Shown here: positions 1 to 9,166 of the stretch, piece by piece
Numbering within the stretch: position 1 is the first letter of the stretch
How the letters are laid out: each line of letters opens with the position of its first letter
From: a virus
Taxonomy: Duplodnaviria; Heunggongvirae; Uroviricota; Caudoviricetes
Length of the DNA: 64,000 nucleotides
Reading direction: 5' to 3' (one strand)
Virus record (IMG/VR): IMGVR_UViG_3300026097_000001
Translations under genes and position numbers: made by a program
The notes under the pieces: model-generated
What the model saw: only the letters and a program-made list of their open reading frames with translations
Databases searched by the model: none
What the model was told of the DNA's origin: nothing

Positions 1-1311
1 TCACCTGCATATAATGCTCAGTATCCATTCAACCGTGTTATTGAAACTGCTACCCACTCAATAGAACTCGATGATACTCCTGGCGCAGAACGAATTACCG
101 TATATCATAACGCAGGATCCTACATCACTATCGATGCAAGAGGTAGCACAACTCACAAGTCCACTTCTGATAAGTTTCAGATAAACGACAGAAATAACTA
201 CGTGTATGTTAAGGGCAGGAACATAGTTACCATCGAGGGCGACTCGCAGGTATACGTGAAAGGTAATAAGATAGAAGAGATCACTGGAGATCTTATTCAG
301 AACGTTAGAGGTAATCATCTTCTTTCCGTCGGTGGTCAATCAACTCTTAATGCAAGTGAAGAGGTTCAGATCCGAGGGGCAAAACTTAGACTCGAGTCAA
401 ACGTTGAGAACATAAACCTAAACGCAAATAAGAGTATCAATCTTAAGTCTGTAGAAACAATTAACTTTAAGACTGAAACGATGTACATGGATATAAACGG
501 CGACTTAAACATCAGCGCTGAACATCCAAAGATCGGTGGTAAGTCTCAAGTAAGTATTGATGCCGACCTAGTTGCGATCGACGACTTCGTACATATGGCA
601 ATGGGAGAAGCAGTTAGACCTGACGACTCTGGCGCTGCGGGTGATGCCGAGAAGGTAGAAGCGCCTGAACCAGTTGGTAAAGCTATAAGTACAACTCGTA
701 ACGAATCGTATGACGGTGGCATGATTGGATCGAGTGGTTATGCATCACAGGATGAACCAGAAGACTATGAACAAGAAGAACTTGAAGATGATGTTGTTGA
801 TACTTCCGCTGATGCTGATACCAATGTACAAGACGTGGATAGAACTTCTTCTTCCGGAAATGATATCGTAGAAGTGATTGAGAAGGGCCCGGGATACAAC
901 GTTGTTCGTTTGGCGGATGGTAGTGTTGTAAGACAAGAAGGTGCACGAGCCTGGAGAAACAATAATCCAGGTAACATTGAGTTTGGAAACTTTGCTAAGA
1001 GCCAAGGCGCAATAGGAACCGACGGCAGGTTTGCTATCTTCCCTGATTATGAAACTGGCAGAGCGGCAAAAGAGAAACTGCTGTTTGATACGAATTCGTA
1101 TAGAAATCTTACGCTGTCAAGTGCGATTAATAGATATGCCCCGTCATTTGAGAACAACACGTCGGCATACATATCAAATGTTGCTTCGTCAGCTGGAGTG
1201 TCGCCAGGAACTCGAATGTCAGATATCCCACCGAGTGCAAGAACTAAGATCCTTGATGCATTTGAGCGCCAGGAAGGATTTAGATCAGGTAGAACAGTAC
1301 CAATCGTATAA
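1..1311 (+). CDS. gp5: Baseplate hub/tail spike gp5, 5'-truncated by the window edge, with a C-terminal putative peptidoglycan hydrolase domain
   Basis: Frame +1 is open from base 1 and reads YPFNRVIETATHSIELDDTPGAERITVYH, the typical gp5 motif, followed by beta-helix-like V-x-G repeats. The ORF track start at 202 is internal. The C-terminus has RNNNPGNI...FAIF...YAP..ENNT, a lysozyme-like family motif. Confidence 0.88.
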   Translation, partial: SPAYNAQYPFNRVIETATHSIELDDTPGAERITVYHNAGSYITIDARGSTTHKSTSDKFQINDRNNYVYVKGRNIVTIEGDSQVYVKGNKIEEITGDLIQNVRGNHLLSVGGQSTLNASEEVQIRGAKLRLESNVENINLNANKSINLKSVETINFKTETMYMDINGDLNISAEHPKIGGKSQVSIDADLVAIDDFVHMAMGEAVRPDDSGAAGDAEKVEAPEPVGKAISTTRNESYDGGMIGSSGYASQDEPEDYEQEELEDDVVDTSADADTNVQDVDRTSSSGNDIVEVIEKGPGYNVVRLADGSVVRQEGARAWRNNNPGNIEFGNFAKSQGAIGTDGRFAIFPDYETGRAAKEKLLFDTNSYRNLTLSSAINRYAPSFENNTSAYISNVASSAGVSPGTRMSDIPPSARTKILDAFERQEGFRSGRTVPIV

Positions 1312-1370
1312 TTATATTAAGTCATTCTTTTAACAAGAATAAATAGATTATAAAGCAAAAAGAAAAGAAA

Positions 1371-3071
1371 ATGACTGGATCAACACTATCAAAAAGAAAT
1401 CATTGCGTTATCCGAATAGGATCAACGGCTTCCGATCCAGAAGCTGCGGTTAATGCTGTCGTTGATGCCTTTGCAAATGAATTAAACTTTGGTACATACA
1501 CAATTAACGATGCCGACTCTTTAAGTAATAACTCTCAAAACGGCGAAGCATTTAACTCGATTACAACCACCGAAGCTTTAATACAGGAGTATGGTGAAAA
1601 GCCTTTCTACGATTCCGTTACTGCATTTAACTCTTACTTTGAAAACGGTGATATAAAAGAATTAATTCAAGGCGATCCGGATAGATATCCAAATCTTACG
1701 AAAAGAATAGACGCCGGCTTTGTTTTTACTCCTATTGAAGTTGCAGAATTTACGTCAGAATTCCAATATGTGCCAATTACACTTAAGGAACAGGCAAACA
1801 CCGTTACTCCAAAATTGTGCAATGAAGTAGAAGATTTTTATGGCGGCGGGATTTCTGGCGGAATCCTAGATAGTTTCTGTTCTCTAATGCCAGCTGTGTT
1901 TGGTGCAGTAGATGGCTTTTTTGATGCACTTAACGACATTCAAAATTTAATAAGTTCAATAAAGAATTTTTCTTTTAAAGACTTGGCACTTAAGGCTCTG
2001 ATTGATAAAATTAAAGATCAAATACTAAGTGTAGTTGAAAGAGTTATTGAAAATGTAAAGAATATAATTGATAATTTTAGTATAGCAAATATCATCAAAG
2101 GAGTTACGACAGCTCTTCAAGAAAATGTAGTAGCAAGGTTCTATGATATAAAAGAAAAGGCTTTAAACTTTTTTAGCCCAGCAAACATAGAGAGTTTTAA
2201 GAATAAAATAAAAGCTATGATAGACTATGCTCTTAATTTATTTAAGAACCCAACTCTAGATGAAATACAGTTTCTTATATACCGTTTTTGTAACTTTGGA
2301 TCGCAGGTAGAAAATGGTATAAAGGGTCTCATAAATCCTTTAAAGGAGTATCAGAGTAATTATCAATCCTCTTTAAATACCATTTCATCGAGTTCAAATA
2401 GAAACACTTCAAATGCAATAAGAGCTGGTGCAATTCGCATCTCTCCTGAGGAAAAGGCTTCTATCGTATCTGCGGCAACAGGATCCGCTCCTTCTACTCA
2501 AGCCACCGGGTCGACGGTTCAAAATCCTTCTGACCAAACACCAGTGACGCAGGTACCATCCGGCGATATAAAACCATTTTCGGCCGAGGACTTTAATGAC
2601 ATTACAAAGTACAACGAAGGTAAGGGTGACTCGAGAGTTACATTTATCCAGGGTACATTAAAACCAGCTATCACTAAGGAAGGTAAGAAGCCACCTGCAT
2701 GGAGATGGGAAAACCAATCCTTAAGATCGCGCGCAAAGGTTATGAGAATACAGGCTCGCTTTGGGAAACAACTAAAGGTCTTAAGTGCAAGAAGAACATA
2801 TCAAGAACAGGTAGCAATATATAATAGTACAAGAGATAAGAGCAAGGTGGCTAAACCTGGAAGTTCAAAACACGAGCAAGGCCACGCATACGATATAAAA
2901 TGGGATGGTTATCCGTCTGGGCGTAAAGAGTTTTTAAAAATTGCAGTGCAAGAAGGTATGGTTGGAATCGGTGGATATTCTAAATTTGTTCACATAGATG
3001 AAGGGCATGCTCGTTTTTGGGGATCTGTAGACGGCATAAACCCTAGAGATCCAAAGACTTGGCAAGAGTAG
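1371..3071 (+). CDS. Baseplate-region protein with a C-terminal M15-type zinc peptidase domain
   Basis: C-terminal SARRTYQEQ...PGSSKHEQGHAYDI...FVHID fits the M15 SxHxxGxAxD...H zinc motif. It lies between gp5 and gp25. Confidence 0.7.
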   Translation: MTGSTLSKRNHCVIRIGSTASDPEAAVNAVVDAFANELNFGTYTINDADSLSNNSQNGEAFNSITTTEALIQEYGEKPFYDSVTAFNSYFENGDIKELIQGDPDRYPNLTKRIDAGFVFTPIEVAEFTSEFQYVPITLKEQANTVTPKLCNEVEDFYGGGISGGILDSFCSLMPAVFGAVDGFFDALNDIQNLISSIKNFSFKDLALKALIDKIKDQILSVVERVIENVKNIIDNFSIANIIKGVTTALQENVVARFYDIKEKALNFFSPANIESFKNKIKAMIDYALNLFKNPTLDEIQFLIYRFCNFGSQVENGIKGLINPLKEYQSNYQSSLNTISSSSNRNTSNAIRAGAIRISPEEKASIVSAATGSAPSTQATGSTVQNPSDQTPVTQVPSGDIKPFSAEDFNDITKYNEGKGDSRVTFIQGTLKPAITKEGKKPPAWRWENQSLRSRAKVMRIQARFGKQLKVLSARRTYQEQVAIYNSTRDKSKVAKPGSSKHEQGHAYDIKWDGYPSGRKEFLKIAVQEGMVGIGGYSKFVHIDEGHARFWGSVDGINPRDPKTWQE

Positions 3072-3088
3072 AATTTAAAGGACGTTAA

Positions 3089-3505
3089 ATGGTAGTACAA
3101 CTCATAACTCCAAGACTCAAAAAGCGGAACCTGTATTCCGACGTTCACAAGGATATGACTGTGAACCCTGTATCTGGCGACCTTGCAGCAAAAAGAAACG
3201 AAGAAGCCGTTAAAGAATCCATAAAGAACTTAATTCTTACGGATAAAGGCGAAAGACTAATGCAGCCTCTCATTGGAGGTAACATTCGCGCAATGTTATT
3301 TGAGAACAATACTCCTGCTGTAATTAAAATGATACAAGAACAAGTAAGAACTACAATCGAAACATACGAGCCAAGGTGTTCCCTTATTGATGTAAATGTG
3401 CTTTCTATGATAGACGACAATACCGTAAAAATAGACATATACTTTTACATAAATAACATTGCAGACCCAATTTCACTCACGGTGTTTCTAGAGAGGACTA
3501 GATAA
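3089..3505 (+). CDS. gp25: Baseplate wedge subunit gp25
   Basis: 138 aa with IKNLILT.KGER.MQP..G and YEPR; synteny with gp5 and gp6. Confidence 0.92.
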   Translation: MVVQLITPRLKKRNLYSDVHKDMTVNPVSGDLAAKRNEEAVKESIKNLILTDKGERLMQPLIGGNIRAMLFENNTPAVIKMIQEQVRTTIETYEPRCSLIDVNVLSMIDDNTVKIDIYFYINNIADPISLTVFLERTR

Positions 3506-3508
3506 GAT

Positions 3509-5293
3509 ATGGCTACCAAACCAATTAACGAACTGGATTTTGCAACCATTAAGGATCAATTCATAACGCACCTGCAAGGTCAAACGCAGTTTAAGGACTA
3601 CGATTTTACCGGCGCGAATATGAACGTCCTACTTGATGTTCTTGCATACAACACCCATTTAAATAACTTCTATACAAATATGGCAATCAATGAGATGTTC
3701 CTTGATTCCGCTGTTGTTAAGAACTCTGTTGTTTCACACTCAAAAGAACTTAACTACCTGCCACGCTCGCGAAAGTCCGCGAAGGCTGTTGTGAACGTTA
3801 CTCTGAGAGATACGGCTGAGACTGCTTCTACGATTACCATTCCTAGGTTCACCGAGTTCACCACTACATTTGAGAATAACAGTTACACGTTCCTTACGGA
3901 CCAATCATATATCGCAAGAAAGACTGCGGCCGGAGTATTCGTTGCAACAAACGTAGAAATATTTGAAGGTGAGATCCTTACGGCATTCGAAAAGGACGGT
4001 TTCTTTATCGATGAGAACAACACGTTTAAGTGTAATCTAACGAATGATTCTATTGACACAAACACGATTGAAGTATATGTTGATGATGAAGCTACAGAGG
4101 GTCAGAACCAATTCTTTTATACTCCAGATATATTCGGCGTTACTCCAACGAGTAAGGTGTTCTATCTCGAACCTCATTTTGATAATAGGTATTCAGTATA
4201 CTTTGGTGGGAACGTGTTCGGTGAGCAGCCGGCAAGAGACATTGATGTAAAGATCCAATATCGTGTATGTAGTGGTACAGAAGTAAATGGTGCAAGCGTT
4301 TTCTCAACTTCGTTCAAACCAAACTCAACAGTGACGACAGTTACAGCAGCGACGGGTGGGGCTGAGCGTGAAAGTTTAGAGAGTATAAAGTTCTTTGCTC
4401 CAAAATCAATTCAGGTCCAAGAAAGGGCTATCACTGCAGACGATTATCAGATCATACTCTCTCAAAGGTTTCCAGAGATTAAGAGTGTATCAGCATACGG
4501 TGGTGATGAATTAGATCCACCTCAGTTTGGTCGCGTTGCGATCTCGGTTAATCTACAAGGAGAGGGTTTATTATCCGAAACGGCTAAAAACTCTTATATA
4601 AGATACCTGTCTGATAAGACTCCAATTGCAATTGAACCTATCTTTATTGATCCTGAATTCTTATACGGTGAGATCATTGTTGATGTAATCTATTCGAAAA
4701 AGTTTACAACAAAGTCGACACAGGAACTTGAGGATCTAATTAGGTCTGAGATCGCAACTTATAACGCTGTAAATCTAGATGATTTTGGAGAGACACTTAG
4801 AGTCTCAAGACTCATGTCAATCATTGATGATATTGACGACGGCATATTAAGTAATAACGTTTGTGCAAATCCTATTATTGAATATGCGCCAGTTCTTGAA
4901 CTTGAATTAAACCCAAAGTTTAAGTTCGGAACACAACTAATCAAACCTTATCCATATAAAGCAACGAATGGGTTGTCCGATTTTAAACCGTCTATTACCA
5001 GCTCGACGTTTACATATAAGGGTGTCTTGTCAAAATTGATTGACGATGGTGCAGGCAACATGGCTATTCGAAGTGCAAGTACTTTAAACGAAACCATAAT
5101 TGATCCTTCGATAGGAACAGTTGACTACGATCTCGGCGAAGTAAGACTCATCAATTTTGCAGTAGACGCATTCAGTGGCGATGCTATTAAAATATATGCT
5201 GCATCGATGACGCCAAACATTACAGCGCCAAAGAACAGAGTCATTTCTATTCGAAGTGAAGATATTCAAATTAACTTTACAGAGTCTAATTAA
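3509..5293 (+). CDS. gp6: Baseplate wedge subunit gp6
   Basis: ELDF..IK, QFKDYDF.G, LLDVLAYNT, Q.RAITADDY motifs; 594 aa; follows gp25. Confidence 0.93.
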   Translation: MATKPINELDFATIKDQFITHLQGQTQFKDYDFTGANMNVLLDVLAYNTHLNNFYTNMAINEMFLDSAVVKNSVVSHSKELNYLPRSRKSAKAVVNVTLRDTAETASTITIPRFTEFTTTFENNSYTFLTDQSYIARKTAAGVFVATNVEIFEGEILTAFEKDGFFIDENNTFKCNLTNDSIDTNTIEVYVDDEATEGQNQFFYTPDIFGVTPTSKVFYLEPHFDNRYSVYFGGNVFGEQPARDIDVKIQYRVCSGTEVNGASVFSTSFKPNSTVTTVTAATGGAERESLESIKFFAPKSIQVQERAITADDYQIILSQRFPEIKSVSAYGGDELDPPQFGRVAISVNLQGEGLLSETAKNSYIRYLSDKTPIAIEPIFIDPEFLYGEIIVDVIYSKKFTTKSTQELEDLIRSEIATYNAVNLDDFGETLRVSRLMSIIDDIDDGILSNNVCANPIIEYAPVLELELNPKFKFGTQLIKPYPYKATNGLSDFKPSITSSTFTYKGVLSKLIDDGAGNMAIRSASTLNETIIDPSIGTVDYDLGEVRLINFAVDAFSGDAIKIYAASMTPNITAPKNRVISIRSEDIQINFTESN

Positions 5294-7431
5294 TGCCAGT
5301 CCCAGTAGATAAACTTATATCCTTTCATATTGAAAGACAGTTCCCTGCGATATATCGTGAGGAAGGTCAGGAGCTCGTGCAGTTCGTAAAGGAATACTAT
5401 AAGTTCCTGGAAACTAACGAAAACCAATCTTTATATAACGGTAGAAGGTTATTTGAATACAGGGATATCGATGAAACTCTTGAAAGACTGCTGATATTCT
5501 TTAAGAATAAGTATCTCGCCGATCTTCCGTTTGATGATACATCCGTTCGTATTATCGTAAAGAACATCCTTGGTCTTTATCGTCGTAAGGGTACTTCGGG
5601 TGGTTTGGAACTATTCTTTAGACTATTTTATAACGAGTTTATCAAAGTATACTACCCAGCCAGGGATATGTTTAAACCGTCGGACTCAAAATGGAGAACA
5701 GGTAACTACCTGCAACTCTTTCCAAACGCAGGTATCTTTACTTCTACAAAAATTGGGGACGAGTTTGTATATAACGATATCGTAAACAAAACGATCGTCG
5801 GCGAATCTTCAGGTGCAAAGGCAACCGTTGATAAGATTAACTTCTTTATTATAAACAACTCGTTCGTTCCAATCATCTTTATTAACGATATCGTCGGAGA
5901 GTTTTTAGGCGCTGAAGGTATCTTTGTAGAAATTAATGGTATTCCGATTAGCTTTGGTATCGTGAACGGCGCACTTGCTAGCATTGCAATTAACGTTGAT
6001 GGAACTGGTGGAAATAAAGTTGGAGAAACGGTTACATTCAAAGCAACACCGGACGGTATAGGTGCGACTGGTAGAATTTCTAAAATACGCAATCTAGATA
6101 CAGGAACTATCACCTATGAAGTAGAAGATGGTGGGTGGGGCTATACTATAGATAGTACGCATTTGTATGTATCGAACCAGCTCATCTTTTTGGAAAACGA
6201 GTCATCAAACTTTACTCAGCTAGAAATTCTTGAAGATACATCTGGAAATCGCGGTGTGGTTGTAGACCAAGGGGATTTCTTCGTTGGCGTAAGAATGGAA
6301 CCTGGGGACGAATTTTCAAATACATCGATTATTAGTACAGTTAATAGATCTCCTAACATCAACATACAAACCTTATCTAACGTTACTCTATCGGTAACAC
6401 CTAAAAACGAAACTTCACCTGGTGATCTTTACCCAGAAACTACAAATGCAGGAGACGTTATCGTAGGCGAATTGGAAAACGTAGAAACCATTGGTCTTAT
6501 ATTTGATATCATTGGAGATTTTGTTAACGTTCCATTGGATGCAACAAATTATAACGATGTTCCACCTGCTAACGTTCCAATGTCAGGAAACACGGATCCT
6601 GTTGATATTGACACGAGATTGGTCGATGCATTCAACGTGACTGATGTAGAAATTGGGTCAGTCGTTAGATTTGACAACATAGATCCTGGAATTGCATATG
6701 TTAACGATGTTGTTACACATACCTACGACACGCGCCTTGCTTCGTTTGAAAGAAAGAACCAACTTATTACTCTAAGTTCTATTCCGTCTTCATTAAGTAT
6801 AGGCGACGAAATAGACCAAGGATCTACAAAAGGTAAGGTGGTTGGAATTACTAGCAACACACTAACTGTAAGACCATATAGGTACTACGGGTTTAATTCA
6901 ACGGATCCGATTACATATGGTGGAGTTAATTTTCCAATCGTAGGTATAACTCGAGACTATGCAAGTAACAAGATAGCCGGTGATAATGCCTTTACAAAGG
7001 CTACTACAAATTTTGCACAGGGTATAATAGATACCGTTGATATTATCGATTCTGGTTTTGGGTACGTTGATAATTCTCAAGCCGATATAATTAAAAATGG
7101 GCAGGTCGTTTCTGCAGGAATTATCACAACCGGCGGTACGGGCAAGTCGAGCGGTTTCTGGTCATCATTTAATTCGCATTTGAACGGATATAGAAACGTT
7201 GAAGGTGAATTAGAGTATTACTCCTCAGGCAAGTACGTGCAGGATAGCAACTACTACCAGGAATACTCATATGAAATCCAATCCAAACTAAATCTTGAAA
7301 ACTATGAAGAATCTCTCAAAGAAATTACTCACGTCGCTGGCACAAAGGTGTTCGCAAGATTTAATCTTGAGGAATTTATTTCTACGCCAATTGAGTCTAT
7401 TATTGAGATTAATCGCTCAGAGACAGATTAA
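5293..7431 (+). CDS. gp7: Baseplate wedge initiator, gp7-like
   Basis: QFPAIYRE..LVQFVKEYYKF, LYRRKGT...LFFRLFY and C-terminal QDSNYYQEYSYEI..H.AGTK, as in marine T4-like gp7; position after gp6. Confidence 0.75.
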   Translation: MPVPVDKLISFHIERQFPAIYREEGQELVQFVKEYYKFLETNENQSLYNGRRLFEYRDIDETLERLLIFFKNKYLADLPFDDTSVRIIVKNILGLYRRKGTSGGLELFFRLFYNEFIKVYYPARDMFKPSDSKWRTGNYLQLFPNAGIFTSTKIGDEFVYNDIVNKTIVGESSGAKATVDKINFFIINNSFVPIIFINDIVGEFLGAEGIFVEINGIPISFGIVNGALASIAINVDGTGGNKVGETVTFKATPDGIGATGRISKIRNLDTGTITYEVEDGGWGYTIDSTHLYVSNQLIFLENESSNFTQLEILEDTSGNRGVVVDQGDFFVGVRMEPGDEFSNTSIISTVNRSPNINIQTLSNVTLSVTPKNETSPGDLYPETTNAGDVIVGELENVETIGLIFDIIGDFVNVPLDATNYNDVPPANVPMSGNTDPVDIDTRLVDAFNVTDVEIGSVVRFDNIDPGIAYVNDVVTHTYDTRLASFERKNQLITLSSIPSSLSIGDEIDQGSTKGKVVGITSNTLTVRPYRYYGFNSTDPITYGGVNFPIVGITRDYASNKIAGDNAFTKATTNFAQGIIDTVDIIDSGFGYVDNSQADIIKNGQVVSAGIITTGGTGKSSGFWSSFNSHLNGYRNVEGELEYYSSGKYVQDSNYYQEYSYEIQSKLNLENYEESLKEITHVAGTKVFARFNLEEFISTPIESIIEINRSETD

Positions 7432-7445
7432 GTTAGACCTTTTAT

Positions 7446-7453
7446 TATAAATA
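7446..7453 (+). promoter_or_regulatory. T4-type late promoter
   Basis: Exact TATAAATA 25 bp upstream of the gp8-like start. Confidence 0.8.
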
Positions 7454-7478
7454 AATTAAAGAAAATCTCGAGGAAAAA

Positions 7479-9155
7479 ATGACAGTAATCACTACAAAGT
7501 ATAGATCAGATACAGCACGTCTTTTTGTTGAAGACGTGACTTTTAATGATTACTACCTCTTTACATCAAGCATGTCAAACACTTCAGTTGACAACACTGC
7601 GGTTTCAAAGAGATCTTTTTTAGAAAAAACAATCTTTGGTAAAAAACTATCATCCGACAGCATGTTTTATGTGATAAAGAATAACATATGGCAGAGTGGT
7701 ACTACATATGAACAATACGATGATAATGCAGAGTTGGAAGGTAAAAAATACTATGCGATAGTTTACCCCCAGGATAACTCAACAGGTGATTATAAGATCT
7801 ATAAGTGCCTATTCAATAACTACGGCGGGGTATCTTCAAATCCCCCAAACTATCAGGTATCTACACCAAACCAAATATACATTATGCCGGATGGTTACAT
7901 TTGGAAATATATGTATTCTCTCAGTGTCGCAGAGTTTGATAAGTATAATACTCGAGGATATATACCTATCATAGAGGATGATTTTGATACAGCTAACACT
8001 ACTTCATCGAGTACGAGCACGATAGATCAAATATTTGTCACGAATCCTGAAGAAAATTCTGGTTACGAAAAGGTGGTTGGTACAATCTTTGAAGTGTTAA
8101 GATCGCCAGTCAACACAGTTACGATTACTCCTAACGCCGCAGATCAATTGAGTGCGATCGCTAACTATTACACCGGCTATACTCTCTACGTTACGAACCA
8201 AAACACGCAGTCAGAGGTATATCAAGTTGATACATATACCTTCAATCCAATAACCGGCCGTGCGACTCTTACATTAGTAGAAGGAACTCCTTCTGATGGG
8301 ATACTAGTAGATGCTGCGACGTTTAGCCTTCTTCCAAGAATTGAGATAAGAGGAGACGGGGATAACGCGGTAGCTATACCCAGTGTTGATAATGACGGAT
8401 CTATCGTAAGCGTTACTGTTCTTGACTCCGGCTCAGAATACACAAACGCAACAGCGAGAGTAGTCGATCCGTTTTCATTCGACCCAACAGCGCCAAACAG
8501 TATAGACGCAAGAGTTGAACTCCGACCAGTTCTTTCTCCTCCAGGTGGCCATGGAAAGAACCTAGTTGATGAGTTGAGTTGTACGCGCGTCTTAGCATAC
8601 ACTGACTTAGACGCGGTCGATAACACTTCTATCCCTATTTCAAATAAGTATGCAAGTATTGGTATTGTAAAGAACCCAGAGTTTAAAGATTTTTCATATC
8701 CAGAGATCTTTGACAATAGGATAGAACTTGCATTAGATACAAACCCATTCATAGCAAATGAAGTAGTAACTCAACTCGAGACAGCAAATACGGATAGCCC
8801 ATTCTTTGATGACGCTAGGTTTAGTGCAAAGGTTCACGAAGTGGACGGCGACTTTATTTACTTGGCTGAATATTCCGGTGCGTTTCCAGGCGACCAAGGG
8901 GTATATGCTAATACCGACTTTAGCGACATATCTTTAGACGTTACTTTACCTTTAATTTCCTCGCAGGGACAGCTGGTCACAATAAATACAGATAACGATC
9001 CGGTGTATACTGGAGGTTATGATTCCACATATCCTGGTTTCAAATTATCTCCATATATTCAAAGAACCGGAGAAGTCTATTACATGCACAGTTTTCTTCC
9101 AATTACGAGGACAGGAGACTCAAGAGAACAATTTAAAATCGTCCTTGAATTTTAA
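7479..9155 (+). CDS. gp8: Baseplate wedge subunit, gp8-like
   Basis: W.SG..Y..YDD, YKIYKCLFNN, DGYIWKYMY, PPGGHG and C-terminal R..D.REQFKIVLEF. Confidence 0.8.
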   Translation: MTVITTKYRSDTARLFVEDVTFNDYYLFTSSMSNTSVDNTAVSKRSFLEKTIFGKKLSSDSMFYVIKNNIWQSGTTYEQYDDNAELEGKKYYAIVYPQDNSTGDYKIYKCLFNNYGGVSSNPPNYQVSTPNQIYIMPDGYIWKYMYSLSVAEFDKYNTRGYIPIIEDDFDTANTTSSSTSTIDQIFVTNPEENSGYEKVVGTIFEVLRSPVNTVTITPNAADQLSAIANYYTGYTLYVTNQNTQSEVYQVDTYTFNPITGRATLTLVEGTPSDGILVDAATFSLLPRIEIRGDGDNAVAIPSVDNDGSIVSVTVLDSGSEYTNATARVVDPFSFDPTAPNSIDARVELRPVLSPPGGHGKNLVDELSCTRVLAYTDLDAVDNTSIPISNKYASIGIVKNPEFKDFSYPEIFDNRIELALDTNPFIANEVVTQLETANTDSPFFDDARFSAKVHEVDGDFIYLAEYSGAFPGDQGVYANTDFSDISLDVTLPLISSQGQLVTINTDNDPVYTGGYDSTYPGFKLSPYIQRTGEVYYMHSFLPITRTGDSREQFKIVLEF

Positions 9156-9166
9156 GAGAGAAAAAG

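Noticed and set aside
58-339. Minus-strand and alternate-frame ORFs throughout the baseplate and head genes
   Set aside because: They overlap well-supported + strand structural genes and have no recognisable motifs.
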